Below are positions 36,046-49,517 of a stretch of 64,000 nt of DNA, piece after piece (position 1 is the stretch's first letter; each line of letters starts with the position of its first letter). Location: the NCBI RefSeq assembly GCF_018350175.1, contig NC_058368.1, forward strand, positions 138,758,001-138,822,000. The letters are read 5' to 3'. Position numbers and translations under genes: made by a program. This DNA is from Felis catus. Its lineage: Eukaryota. The notes beneath the pieces are model-generated. The model saw nothing but the letters and a program-made list of their open reading frames with translations. It was not told the origin of the DNA and made no database searches.

Positions 36046-36902
36046 AAAGCAGGCAACAGGCAATTAATCATTTTCTCCCCGAAGACCATATTTTACAGTC
36101 AGAAGTCAATTGTCAGCACACATGCTCCTAAATAAACCGACACACGTACCAGCTAATAGATTAATTCACATGGAGAAGGCGTCGTGGGAAGAAAACGTGT
36201 GTTCCCAGATTTCTCAGGCAGGTGCTCTGCCTGTTAACATAAAGATCCGTCTTCCTGGCTCCAACCCTTTGGGCACACTGCCCAAAATTACTTACAATTT
36301 CTCACACAGTTGATGCTAAGATAGTTCTGCAAAATGAGAGCCTGGTTTACCCAGTGTAACCTAAGAACGGCTCAGCCCGGGAGGAGCCGGTACCAGCTTT
36401 GAGTTTGGGGAAGGTTTTTTTGGCTTTGTTTTGTTTTCTGCCATCTGACTTTTCTAATACAAGATAACCATACAGCAGTACTTGATGCTTTCGCGTTTCC
36501 TTGCTGCGATCTGCTGTGCCTCCGATGCCGCCCGTGAGTGGGAAACGTGGGTCCCAAGGAAACAGACCTACTGGCATTAATTTGTCCAGAAGGGAGAAGG
36601 CTGGTTACATGTATGTTGTGCATTCGCGTGTGGACACCTATGCGCTCACAGACGCCTCCCTTAGCGTTCACACCTCCACTGTGATACATCCCCTCCCGCT
36701 TCCTCACTGTGTTATCTGCTGCCCTTCTGAATGGGAAGTTCGGCTCCCCTATAAATCACTTTATTGAAAGAAGGGACCATGGTAGAGGTTGCTGTGAGCT
36801 CCAGAAAGGGGAATTGCGTTTTCACTTCACCCTATCGCATTTTCCAGAGCAGTGATAGGAAGGCTAGCAGAGGGGCACGGGGATTTGCATGACAAAATTT
36901 TA

Positions 36903-37120
36903 AATTTTTTTTTTCAACGTTTTTTATTTATTTTTGGGACAGAGAGAGACAGAGCATGAACGGGGGAGGGGCAGAGAGAGAGGGAGACACAGAATCGGAA
37001 ACAGGCTCCAGGCTCCGAGCCATCAGCCCAGAGCCCGACGCAGGGCTCGAACTCACGGACCGCGAGATCGTGACCTGGCTGAAGTCGGACGCTTAACTGA
37101 CTGCGCCACCCAGGCGCCCC
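36903..37120 (-). mobile_element. Young felid CanSINE
   Basis: TSD acaaaatttta at 36892-36902 and 37121-37131. Confidence 0.97.
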
Positions 37121-38944
37121 ACAAAATTTTAGACTTAGAAAATTCTGTGGAAGAGTCTATCCACAGTCCTGTGTATTTAGCTTTAGTTTTCATAAGCAAG
37201 GATCACGTAGACTCCTTCCCGAACAGGATTCGCACAAATGTCAAACGTAGCTGCTGCCAACCCGCTCTGTCTTTCCCCTTCTGGGTCCTTGGCGAAGAGA
37301 GACTAAGAGCGGGTTAGCCTGGTCTAGGGAAATGGGCTGGAGGAACAGGCTGCTCCCCTGGGAATTATTTCCCCCAGCTCAGCCTAGAGGTCCAGTAAGG
37401 CCGCAGCATCCCCAGAGGGTGGTGACTTTTGGTGTTACCTACCCCTCTATTGTAATCCTTCAGTAATCCCACCTGTTTTCAAAGACACCCTCCTCATTGT
37501 TCTTAGCGCCTACCAAAAAAAAAATAAGTATTAGGCTCCAGCTAACCCAGCAGCAATCTTGTTCTGGCACCTTAAGAAGTGAAGGATTTCCCTTCCCTTC
37601 CGTAACTGGAGCAGAGCCGTCCCTCCCTGCAGGGGGATAGGGTCCCCATTCTGTAGCACATTTCCTCCAGAGAGTCAGCCTTGCCGAACAAAGACCCAAC
37701 TGTCTGCGCAGTATGGGAAACTATCTGTTGCTGCCTTTTGGAGCACACCCTCCTACAAACCCAGACATGCACAAAAGTTCTGCATTTCACCGCAGGAAGC
37801 GAGACTGGTGGCTTCAGGCATCATTAATCATTTTGAAGTGATTATTCTTTAAAAGGAAAACAAAACAAAGCAAGAAAAAGGGGGGGCGGGGAGGATGCCC
37901 TTTGATTAAGGCAGGCCCAATAAAAATTAGCACTTCTCAAAATAGCATTTCCCTGGTTCCTTGTGGACCCTTGAGAGTTTGCTGGATTGACCAGGGCTGG
38001 GGCAAAACGGGGGATCTGTTTCCTCCTTCCCTGAAACTCCAACAAATACCTGGGACTTGACCAGGTCTGAGGGAATCTCTTAGACTTGCAGATTGGGGAA
38101 GAGAGGGGTGGGGAGGCGGGAGTCTCCTCTTCCTTTGCCTTCCCACCCAGGAAGCACACGTTTAGGAAGAAGATAAAACCAGGACAATTGGCTTCCTGCA
38201 GTGGACAGCTCTCCTCCCTCCCCCCAGGGGAAGACAGGGGCCCAGGGAAGCTGCGCTCCCTAGAAGGGCTGCCCCCACCCCCACGGGTATGTTACCCGAA
38301 AGGAGAATACCAGTCGGTCGTTCAAATCCGTTCACACTCACAGGGAACGTCCCCGAGTCTAGGCCTTTGAAGTGAAATTGTTTCTCTAGCATAGGAGAAG
38401 TGATAACTAGAAAATGAAACCTTCAACACTATCTTTGCTGGGAGATTACATGTCCTGCTGTTCTGGGTTGAGAGGAAATTCACTTAAATAAAATTGGATG
38501 AAATTTCTTTTCTCGCCCACGGAAGTCTCCCGGGTATACCAGAAGCATCTTCCATCGGTTGCCCCTTCCTGAACTCTTGGCTATTTCCCAATCTTCATTT
38601 CTTCCCTAATCAGGATATCTGTCTCTGGGGTCAAGATCAAAACTCATAAAGGCAGAAAAGAGTCTGCCCCTTTCATCCTGGTCTGGGTTGACTCCTCATC
38701 CCCTAGACTTGCATTCACTTGACTCAGGTGTGAACCTAGCTAAACTTGGCTTCATTTCCTTTTCCATCAGTCAGCTATTGAGATCTCACAGCTAAGTGCT
38801 ATCATTCATTTTAATTTAAAGTTTAAACATGGAAGAGAGGAGGAGACTCAACAAATTTCATCTTAGTACTCTTAGCTACATATTTTGACGTGTGATACAT
38901 GTGATTACATCAAGGTGTTTTTTGCTTTGGGGGTTTAGTTTTGT

Positions 38945-38945
38945 G

Positions 38946-38976
<31 letters not shown>

Positions 38977-38991
38977 GTTTTGTTTTGTTTT
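38945..38991. repeat. (GTTTT)n simple repeat
   Basis: Read directly. Confidence 0.93.
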
Positions 38992-39462
38992 AGCTTGGTT
39001 TCTTCAATTCAGTTCAATATGCCCCAGAGGAGCCTTTGAAGATCTGCCCTCAGTCACCCTGTACATAACTGCCGGAAAGGCCGAGCAGGTTGTAGAAGGC
39101 ATCTACATGGAAGGGGTGGCCTGACATGGGGGGCTGGAGCCCAGGCCCGTGAGGGAGCGTGTCTATATGGAGGTGGGAGGGTTAGCCAGGCCCAGGGAGT
39201 GAGAGTCCCAGCAGGGTGAGGGGGGGTGTTCATGTGGCCGAGTGGACTCATAGTGAAGAATGGGGTTCAGAGCCTGAGCATCCAAAGGAGAGAGACTTCA
39301 GAGCAATGGAGATGAGACATGGGTTACATAGAGGAGGACCGATCAGGTAAGTAAACATTTTAAGTACAGCAGAAAGGCAGAAAACCAGAACGGGCCCTGT
39401 GTAATAGTGGATTGGAATGGGATATATTAATGTGAATGAATGGTTTTCAAATAAATATAGCT

Positions 39463-39684
39463 CGGTGCCTGGGAGGTTCAGTCGGTTAAGCATCTGACTT
39501 GGGCTCAGGTCATGATCTCATGGTTCATGGGTTCAAGCCCTGCTTTGGGCTTTATGCTGACAGCTCAGAGCCTGGAACCTGCTTCGGATTCTGTGTGTGT
39601 GTCTCTATCCCTCCCTCGTTCATTCGTTCATTCTTTCTCTCTCTCTCTCTGTCTCTCTCTTTCTCAAAAATAAACATTAAACAG
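39463..39684 (+). mobile_element. CanSINE (older host copy)
   Basis: Outer TSD aaatatagct at 39453-39462 and 39923-39932. Confidence 0.92.
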
Positions 39685-39693
39685 AAAGAAATA

Positions 39694-39918
39694 GGGGCGC
39701 CTGGGTGGCGCAGTCGGTTAAGCGTCCGACGTCAGCTCAGGTCACGATCTCGCGGTCCGTGAGTTCGAGCCCCGCGTCAGGCTCTGGGCTGATGGCTCGG
39801 AGCCTGGAGCCTGCTTCCGATTCTGTGTCTCCCTCTCTCTCTGCCCCTCCCCCGTTCATGCTCTGTCTGTCTCTGTCTCAAAAATAAATAAACGTTAAAA
39901 AAAAAATTAAAAAAAAAA
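39694..39918 (+). mobile_element. Felid CanSINE inserted in the tail of the previous SINE
   Basis: Inner TSD aaagaaata at 39685-39693 and 39919-39927. Confidence 0.96.
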
Positions 39919-40069
39919 AAAGAAATATAGCTGTGTCCACTCTGTGGGCCTGGGACTGATGACACCACAAGGACAATGGGCACACCTAGTGTACTTAGGT
40001 ACCCACCTCTAACTACCATCCTGCACAGAAAGAAACCAGGGTTCTTCCTCAGAGAAACATCTGCTTCAG

Positions 40070-40965
40070 AGCTGGAACAGGCAAAGTACAAGATATTCCA
40101 CCTATCTTGTCATGCCAGAAAGGCAGACTCGAAGATGAAGGTAAAAATGTCAAAAGAACACAGAGGCCAGCTTCAATGGACTCACATTGGCTAAATCAGG
40201 GACAATTGAAGCATTGAGAGATGATAATAGTAACAGATTATAGCCCATTGAATACAACAGGAAATTAGAAGTCCATACTGAAATAAACAAACCAATTGAA
40301 AGCTTGATGAAGAAGAGAATTTTTACATGGTTGCAAAGTACCTCCCCACAAAATGTTTATAAATTACAAAGGACGAAGGATGACTTTATAGTGGGGAAGC
40401 TCGGTAGACACCATCTTAAGTGATCAGAATGGACATCACAGGAGGGAACAACTTGAAATTTGGTGCTACTAGACAAGGTGCAATGGAGAAAAAAAAAATC
40501 ATTTCTATGTTGTCATTCCTCAAAGGCACAACCTAAATCTAATCATGATCATATCCAAATTGGAGGACAAAATGACTGGCTTATAATCTTCAAAAGTGGC
40601 AAGGTCATGAAAGATGAGGAAAGAAAGATAACATAACACGTTCGCGTCTAAGGCAAACTGAAGAGATGTAACCCAATGCACCATGTAATTTCAAACTGGA
40701 AAACATGACAAGAGCAAATGACAGACTTGAATGGGGTCTGAGGATTAAATGGTCGGAGTGTGTCACTGTTACTTCCTCATGGCGGTGGTTGGATTGTGTT
40801 ATGGAGAAGAATGTCTTTATTCTTGTAAGAAAAGCACGTTGAAGTAATCAGGGGTGACGGGCATTATGTGACAACTTTCTCTCATTGAGGTAGAGGGACA
40901 AATGATTTACATTACATTTCCAACCATTTTGTAAGTTGATCGTTGTTTCAAAGCATTTTTTAAAA
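40070..40965 (+). mobile_element. L1MC3/4-like 3' UTR
   Basis: gattatagcccattgaat...gtccatactg...caaagtacctccccacaaaat...tagacaccatctt...ttgaatggggtctgaggatta. Confidence 0.75.
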
Positions 40966-41184
40966 ATTAGCTTTCAAAAAAAAAAAGGGAAAAAAAAGTT
41001 ATCTCATGAACACCTGGAAGGACAGAGATTTAAGAAATTCACTTTTATCCAGTACTCGGAACATGCCCAGTCCAAGTGAGTACTCAGTAAATATTTACTG
41101 AATTTAAATCTTCAGAAAACTCTGAGATACAGAGGGAACTCAATGAAAGCACCTCTGCTAAGGTTTATTTCCTTTAAAAACACA

Positions 41185-41397
41185 GGGCTCATTGTGTGCC
41201 AAACATTATTGTAAATATTTGCAAATAGCTCTAGGAAATAGATTCTATGAAGGGAACTGAAGGTGCCCTATATAACCCTATGAAGGTTATATGTGCCTCC
41301 CAAAATCACGCAGGCAATGAATAGTGTAACCAAGAGTTGAGCCCAAGCAGTAAGGCTCCAGAGTTCATGCTCTCAGCCACTTTACTGTGATGCCTCT
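41185..41397 (-). mobile_element. MIR
   Basis: tgtgtgccaaacatt...ttgagcccaagcagtaaggctccagagttcatgctctcagccact. Confidence 0.65.
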
Positions 41398-42168
41398 TTA
41401 AGATCCCACCTACAGGAAACTTAAGATCTTCCCTCATTCAAAACCTTTAGTTCTCAACTATCCAACTGTATTTTTGATATAGTCTCACAGGATTATGTCA
41501 TATTCTTTATTTCATAATGCATAGAGCTAGCCCAAGAGAAGCTCATTCCTGAGCTGAGCATTCATGTTTGCAGGCAGGACTGGTCCACCAGTTTGGGTCT
41601 TCACATAAGTCTTGGTCTTTCAAGTAGACCTTTGGTTCTTACTTACATTAACCACAGCCTATGTGGCCCCAGTTTGTTAGGTTTTATCTGCTATATGCTT
41701 CCCTTTCTCCTATGTGTGCATGAGGATTTTTAACATAGAGTAGCTATATCTGGACATATCATGGTACAGCTGATCTCCCATATGGCAAGGAAACGCCATT
41801 AGCCACTAACCGCGACCCTCCATGATGACTCCTCACTGTTCTATTTCCCTCGCTCACAGGGAAGAAATGAGACCGTGAATCAAATGTGTCTCCCAATGGA
41901 ATGGATACTTCTACAGCCCCTATGAAAAAAGTTGAAGATACTCTACCCCATATAGCCTTCTGTGCCTCACTCTCTCCCTCCTGTGAGATGCGAGAATATG
42001 TTGTTTTATGTTCATTTATCTTCTTCTAGGGACAGGAACTCTTGTCAACACCAAGGTGCAACATCCATTAGATGGCTCTTTGTAGCAAATGGCTCATTAA
42101 AAAAATCCGATAAATAAATGCTTTTCTTTATAATTCAGTGCAGTAAGTTCCCCAATAAAACTTTGATA

Positions 42169-42385
42169 GGGGCGCCTGGGTGGCGCAGTCGGTTAAGCGT
42201 CCGACTTCAGCCAGGTCACGATCTCGCAGGCCGGGAGTTCGAGCCCCGCGTCGGGCTCTGGGCTGATGGCTCAGAGCTTGGAGCCTGTTTCCGATTCTGT
42301 GTCTCCCTTTCTCTCTGCCCCTCCCCCGTTCATGCTCTGTCTCTCTCTGTCCCAAAAATAAATAAACGTTGAAAAAAAAAATGTT
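42169..42385 (+). mobile_element. Young felid CanSINE
   Basis: TSD aaactttgata at 42158-42168 and 42386-42396. Confidence 0.97.
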
Positions 42386-42856
42386 AAACTTTGATAGACA
42401 TGACACAGTGAGTTCTACTTCATGAGAATGATTTGACTATTTTTGTAGCTTACGATGTTATCACAAAAATGTATCACAAGTTTCAGGTAGCTTTAGAGCA
42501 AGTTCCAGGTGTGAATAATTGTTTTTAGTATTTTTATCTTCAAATAATTTTTAGTTATAAGAAGGAGATCTTCCTTTTGCTATGCCCCATTTCCAAAGAG
42601 GAGAAAGCACCTGAGATAAAACAGGGAAAAGGTTTTGTTCAATCTTAGGTGCTATGATTTTTCTGTAATAGAACTGTGATCTTTCCCTGTACTTCTCTGT
42701 GCTGATTTCCAACCATCAACGGGCATTATTTCCTCAACAAATAAAATTCATATTTCTATAGTTACGTAAGTGTAAATATGTCCCTGCATGTGGTATATGC
42801 ACGTGTGTGTCCTCTGCTCTCCCATCCCCAGTGTAAATTTCTTTCGGTTGTGAAAT

Positions 42857-43327
42857 CGTAGTTGCAACGTTATCAGGGCACCTCCTGCCTCCCTTCGGCC
42901 TCATCCGCATACACCTGCCCTGCTTCCAAGTGCAACATCAGCCTTTCTTTGTCAAAGAGTGTTTTCACATTGCCCAAACCTGCTGTGCTGCTCTCTGCAG
43001 ACGGGCCAAGTATCGCAGGAGGAACGTCCCCGGAGTAGTCCTCAACCCATGACTAGAAACAGTTGGTGCCTAAGTACCCCAACTCCCTTGCCCTTTGGGT
43101 AAAATGACTTTGAGGGAGTGTTTTTGACCCTTGCTGCCACTGCTTCACCAGAGGAACTGAATACCAGTCCACCACAGGGGTGACTGGCTTGATAAACACC
43201 CTTAGCTGGTTGCCTTCTCATGTTCCTGTCTCACTTCCCCAGGCCCCTACTGGTGTTCCCTACATTAACTACTTGCACTTTAATCCTTGCCTTAGTGTCT
43301 TCTCCTGAGGATATCCAAACTTAGGCG
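42857..43327 (+). mobile_element. ERVL LTR, LTR16-like
   Basis: ctcaacccatgact...taagtaccccaactccc...ctgtctcacttcccc...aactacttgcactttaatccttg...ccaaacttagg. Confidence 0.8.
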
Positions 43328-44622
43328 ATCTCTCTCCAAAGAATACGGAAGTTGGCCCAAAACCACAGGAAATATCTGCTGTCTTGCTGTCCCTGTTGTT
43401 GATAACTCCCCCACAGAAGAACTTCAAAGCACAAGCTATACCCAGGCCTTAATGTTTCCCTACCTCCCTTATATCCCTCCCTTTTCCGCATCTTCTGATC
43501 AGCATGCTGGTGATAGGTCTCTTCTTCCCTACTTCTCAACACTCCTCACCCCAAAGTTGCATTTTCCTAGCAATCTGTTGTCAGAGATACCCACTGTTTG
43601 TGGCATCGGCCACGGTGGCTCTTGGAACAGCGTCCTCCTTCTTCTGTGCACAACAGATATAAACCTACCATATGTTTCTTTCCACGAGGGTCACTCTGCC
43701 ATCTGGATGACGGAAGCTTATGCCCCAGGGAAGACCTAGCCATAAGCCAATTTACATTAAGACCGAGATTCTAGACATACAGTCTAAGTTTGGACACAGA
43801 GCTGACTCCAGCTGACAATGCCACCAGACTCTGATTGATTTCATCCACAATACACGGAGGTTCCCATGTCTCATAGACAGAGGGAAAGACCTTATTTAGG
43901 CTGCGTGACTAATCCAATTGTTTATTCCCTTGCTGTACTCATCTTTGTTTGATCTGAGGGCACCAGGTCCAGGATAACAGTTTCAGGTGCCCCCCCTCCC
44001 CCCGCTGCCATTCAAGTCCTATCCGGTTCCCTCAGGCTTGGTCTGAAAGGGACCAGACCCTGTGCCTACCGGTCAGCATTTTCATCACGGCTATTCTTGG
44101 CTTTTCTGTGACTATTCAACGTTTTGTAAAAATGGAAGGGCCGACTATATATATAATATATATATATATGTAAATTAAAATTGTTTACCAACAGTTTTTC
44201 ACAATCTCTCTTGCACCCCAAAATACAAGGGAAGAGAGAGTGCAGACTAGCTTTTGGTGACCTAATTTCTGTCTCTCATCCAAAGCAAAGTTTCCGCTTT
44301 CTCTGTTTTTTTATGGCCCTGCCAGTATTTTCCACAATCCTCTTCCTTCACCACCCCAGTGCTTCATCCACTGTTACCCAAAATGTTCCCCTGGAGCCCG
44401 GAAGCAAGGAGGAGTAGACTGTCCCATCGGTTAGCTGCTCTCTAAGTAAGCGTCCTCTCTGCTTAGTGAAGATTGGAGCCCTGTTGGAGGAATGCTGGGA
44501 TTGCCTATGCCTCGGGGCTGGTAAGACGCAGACCCTACTGGCACAGCTTTTTCACTGGTTACCAGCCTTCTGGAGGAAGAGCACTGCCCGTGCATCAAAG
44601 GCAGCTTCATTGTTAGTTTTCT

Positions 44623-44662
44623 CACATACATGCGTGTGTGTGTATGTGTGTGTGCATGTGCG

Positions 44663-44712
<50 letters not shown>
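44623..44712. repeat. (TG)n-(CG)5-(CA)20 compound alternating purine-pyrimidine tract
   Basis: Read directly. Confidence 0.97.
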
Positions 44713-44713
<1 letters not shown>

Positions 44714-44949
44714 CATTTCTTTCAATCAGCCTGAAAGGTTTTTACATTTTCCAAACCTAATCTTAACAAGAACTCTTTAGGGGGTGTTCTGCAGGGTTAC
44801 CTACGTCCCCAGTATCTAGCACAGTACCTGACATATAACTAGTACTCAGTAAGTATCTATGCCTTTATCTATTTACCTCTTTGAATGAGACACCAGGCCA
44901 ATTCAGAAATAACCAGCAGAAAGGTGTCATTCTTAAGAAATCAAAAGAG

Positions 44950-45375
44950 CGGCTCCTGGGTGACTCAGTTAAGCGTCTGACTTCAGCTCAGGTCACGATC
45001 TCACCGTTCATGCGTTTGAGCCTACGTTGGGCTCACCGCTCTCGGTGCGGAGCCAGCTTCGGATCCTCCGTCTCCCTCTCTCTCTTTCTGTCTGCCCCTT
45101 CCCCAGTCGTGCTCTTTTTCTCTCTCTCTCAAAAATTAACAGTTGGGGCGCCTGGGTGGCGCAGTCGGTTAAGCGTCCGACTTCAGCCAGGTCACGATCT
45201 CGCGGTCCGGGAGTTCGAGCCCCGCGTCGGGCTCTGGGCTGAGGGCTCAGAGCCTGGAGCCTGTTTCCGATTCTGTGTCTCCCTCGCTCTCTGCCCCTCC
45301 CCCGTTCATGCTCTGTCTCTCTCTGTCCCAAAAATAAATAAACGTTGAAAAAAAAAAATTAACAGTTAAAAAAAC
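44950..45375 (+). mobile_element. CanSINE (older host copy, tail split by a young SINE)
   Basis: Outer TSD core tcaaaagag at 44941-44949 and 45376-45384. Confidence 0.88.
45145..45353 (+). mobile_element. Young felid CanSINE nested in a SINE tail
   Basis: TSD aaaaattaacagtt at 45131-45144 and 45354-45367. Confidence 0.97.
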
Positions 45376-45634
45376 TCAAAAGAGAATATTCCTTTATGCT
45401 TTTTAGTATACTATTAAATATAGTAGTATATTTTATTAGTGTAGCCTGCAATCACTAAGCGGACACAACAATAGGTCATGAAAAGAATCTAGGAAAGAGA
45501 CAGTTCCATTCCCTGATGATGATATGTGGCAATTGAACCAGTGGGCACCAAAGTTATACCATCCATAATTAGATGGGCAGCACCCTTTTATAGCTCTGTT
45601 ATTATAAGAATTGATGATTTCTTTGTCTCCTCAA

Positions 45635-45742
45635 CTACTTGGAAAACAGGACTATGTGGGGTTGATTTTGCATCCCCAGTGCCTGGCAAAATTCTCATGC
45701 ATAGGAGGCATTCAGAAAAAGTTTGATGGATGAATGAATTGA
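45635..45742 (+). mobile_element. L2 3' terminus
   Basis: caggactatgt...atccccagtgcctggca...gcataggaggcattcag...gatgaatgaa. Confidence 0.7.
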
Positions 45743-45874
45743 TACATCGTTGGAAATAACCATGTGTTGTATGTCAACATTTTTTAAAGGCCTAAGCACT
45801 TACTTGTATAAGGGAGTCTTTTCAGAGACAGGCTGAAAGATCTGATTGTAGGACTGAATTAAAACCCAGCTAGG

Positions 45875-46120
45875 AACCCCTGGGAGAAGCGCTTAACCAA
45901 AGACTAAGGGGCTTAGGAGTGTGAAAGACCAAATTCCTCACCTTGGATTGGGACATGCTTTGAGGACAGAACTATTTATCACCAGAGTTCCTTTTGGGAT
46001 CATGCCATAGCTGGCATCCTAGGGACCCTTCTGGAAATCACACCCTTCTTCGCTATCATGCTCATACCTCTCCCATGCCATTTTCTTCTGGGAACACCTC
46101 CTTAATGAATTAATAACACA
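45875..46120 (+). mobile_element. ERVL LTR16-family fragment
   Basis: ttaaccaaagact...ttcctcaccttggattgggaca...ccagagttcc...tgggaacacctccttaat. Confidence 0.45.
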
Positions 46121-49100
46121 TGACAGACAAGCAAGTCAGGATACAAGGAGGGATTCCGTGTTGGGAGATCTACACACAGACTGTCTGATTTCCTAGAAAT
46201 GCTGGCTCACCTCTCCCCCTTCATTCCTCAGTGAACACAGGTCCTGTTCAGTCAGTCTCTCCCAAATCTCTTCTCTGAGTGAGACCCACTCTCCATTTCT
46301 AGTTGTTCTCCCCCAATCCCCACCCTTTGCTGCTTCCTAAACATGGATTTCTACCCCTGAACGTGATTTCTCTTCCCATCCATAATGTTCTTTCCTACCA
46401 CCATCAAAACTGTGGGGCTCACTGGATGGACCCAGCTTCTTGGGAAGGGCTGAGTCTTTGCCCCATTGAGTCTCTAGTGAAAGGTGGGTGAATAAACTGT
46501 AACTCATAGGTGGCTTACCTGCCTCCGTGAGCAGATAGCAGACAAAGAGAGCACCTGTTAAGGAAAGGCAGAGGAGCCCCTGTTGTGTCAGATGCACGAT
46601 AAAGCATCCAAGCAGGGAAAAGGTACAAGTGGGAAAGAAAACTTACAAATGAAGAGGCTGACGTTAAAGAATGAGAAAGTGTGACAAGGCTATTTCAACT
46701 CTTATTTATTGGCAGAGGCAAATCCACTCGGACAAACTCTAAGTTATAAAAAACGACTTTATTAGTGTGTTCCCATCCTCTTTGTCTACAAGGAACCTCT
46801 CTTGGTCAGTTTGTAAATGGTCCACACCATGTTGAAGGCAACACCATGGCTGCCATGTAGTCACCTGAACTGGGACAATAACTTCCCCTGAGCTGTAGGA
46901 GCCCTAATGTCCAGGAAGATGGTGGCTTAGAAGGCTATTTGATTAATTCAGCTTGGTAAGTCACTGCAAAGCCATCATGAATGCAGACAGCTATGGGATC
47001 CATTCTTTCCAGGGTCACATGATGCAGTCATTGCAGATCCTTCTGGATCCCGTCCGTCTGTTTTGGCTCCAAGGATAGAGAGCAAAGCTATACCGGAATC
47101 TATGTTTCTTTCTGAACAGTGTTCACTATTTATATCATTTAGCACTTCTTCCACATTATATTTGTAGTGGTGACATTTATAGGAAAGTGTAGCCAGTTGA
47201 CCTACTGGTCATGTCTCTTGATAGAAAGTGTGATTCCTCCACCTATGTGGTTGGAAAACAGGCCCCAGGCTCTGGACCCAGGCCATGCCAATTAAATCAG
47301 AAGTGAGGACCCAAGTCAAGACAGGCCTCGGTTAGCACACTGTGTTAGCAAACAGGACTTGGAAATATGGGGGGACTTGGGGCTCTAGTTCGTCTCTGTT
47401 GGGCACTTAAACTGAGAAGTGATATGAAATTAAGCTGGGGCAACTGTGTTAGCTCACCAGAAGATGAAGGGGAGTGTGCTAGTGATAGAAGAAGGAAACA
47501 AGCATGCAGAGAGGGGCAGGAACATGGCCTCCCTAGAACCGACTGGTCACCCAGCCATTATCAGTCTCTTCAGATATCTGGCTAAAACTCCTGCCCCCCG
47601 GTCCATGGCACACTCCACATCCTTCTGACAAATTCAGCCCAGTTGAGCAAGTTTGATTGCAGAAAAGAAACAAGAAAAAAGAAATCCTAAGATGGGAACA
47701 GGAGAGTACTGGGGCTTGGTTTTAGGTTTTTGAACACCAACCTCCGAGGTAAGAGACCCTTCCGTTAACCAGTGATTTTTCTGACTTCTCAGCGTTCCAC
47801 TTTTATCCTCTTTTTGTAGATCAGGGTAAAGGTCACCTGCATGTAAAATAGCTTTTGCAGCATCTTGTCATTTTAGGAAACATTCTTGGCTTAGATACCA
47901 GAACTCCTGACTTCCCAGACAACTCAACAGAGTCGCATAGACTCTGAGACCAACATATCTAGCCACCGTTACTGCACCGTGTCATGAACTGATAAATTTA
48001 GAGAGCCCAACACATTGCAGACGAGAGAGGAGGTGGAGGAATATGCTTATCTCCCTTTTTGCATTTGCCTAAATTTCAGAACTGGGTGGTGCCAAGAATA
48101 ACGGATTACTCTCCCTGTGATGAAATGTACTTTCCAGCAGCACTTATCCTTCCCACCAGTACTGGGTTACGACGTCAACACGGCTTAGTTACTCTCCCGC
48201 CAACACAAAGGTTCGCCTAATTATTCAAGTGCCAACGTGAGAGCGGAGTCCTCAGTTTCCCCGCCAGAAGTGAGAGCATGACCGCCCTCATCAACGAGGT
48301 GCCTCTTTCGGCCAAACATCCCTCCACAGGAGACTGCTACCCGGTGCCATTCGAGCTGTACCGCTTTCTCTTCCGGAATGTGATGTAGGATTTCACACAT
48401 AGATTTGAGTTATTTGCCAGCCTTTGGCGATTTCCAAGTTTCCCACAGATGAATGAAAAATCCAGCTGTTTCCAACTATTTGGAACCGGGCAATGTGTGA
48501 TAAAATGAGGATAGAAGGGAATCTTTATCCAGTTTCTCCAGCAGCCAGAGAGATTTAGAACATTTGGGGAAGAAAAATTGCAAGCTCAATTGTTCCAAGA
48601 TTAAAAAGAAGAAAGAACGCTTTGTGTTGAATTTCTGAGCATGCCTTTTATTTACCAAACAGAGAAAGCTAGAAAGCTATTCTTTGATTAATCAGGTGTG
48701 AGCTCATTCTGCCTTCCTAATCCAGGCTGTGAATAATTTTAGTGAAAGGGGAGTAGCTGTGGCTCAACGAAGGACACTTGGACATCTTGACGATAATCTG
48801 AGACTGGATCTCAGGGCAGGAACTAAATGAAACCATTGTGTCAAGTCCTTGCTCCTCAAACCATTCTTGCTGAAGGGTCACTCTGTTTGCTAATTTAAAT
48901 TTTTTTCACAAAATATTTTCAACAAATAGTGCTCAATTGCTGTCACGTATACAAAAAAAAGAAAGGAAATATCCACACTTCCCACCTCTGACAAAAACTA
49001 ATTCAAAATGAATCATAAACCTAAATTCAAAATGTGAAACTTACAAAGCTTTTAGAAAATTGACTAGGATACAAAAAGCATGAGGCATAAAGAGAAAAAC

Positions 49101-49334
49101 TGATAAATTGGAACTCATCAAAATTAAGAATGTCTCTTCAACAGACACTGTTAAGAGAATGAAAAGAGAGACTAGGAGAAAATGTTTGCAAAGCACTTAT
49201 GTAATAACTCATATCCAGAATATATAAAGAACTCTCACAACTCAATAATGGGGGGGGGGGGGGAAGGCTAGGGTTTTTTTTTTTTAATTGACCAAAGATT
49301 TGAACAGACTCTTCACTAAAGAAGATATATAGAT

Positions 49335-49517
49335 GGGCGCCTGAGTAGCTCAGTCTGTTAAACGTCTGACTCTTGATCTCAGCTCAGGTCATGATATCAC
49401 AGTTGGTGAGTTTGAGACCTGCTTCGGGCTCTGAGCTGACTGTGTGGAGTGTGCTTGGGATTTTCTCTCCTCTCCCTCTCTCTCTATTTCTCTCTCTCTT
49501 CCAAAATAAATAAACAT
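49335..49517 (+). mobile_element. CanSINE (old)
   Basis: gggcgcctgagtagctcagtc...tgcttgggattttctctc; outer TSD aagatatatagatg / aaaatacacagatg. Confidence 0.9.

Noticed and set aside
48278..48388. 36 aa ATG ORF (MTALINEVPLSAKHP...) in a CpG-richer patch
   Set aside because: Length expected by chance; no recognisable homology or gene context.
49250..49285. G14...T12 segment as a micro-inversion in L1
   Set aside because: Equally explained by homopolymer expansion; cannot be resolved without an alignment.
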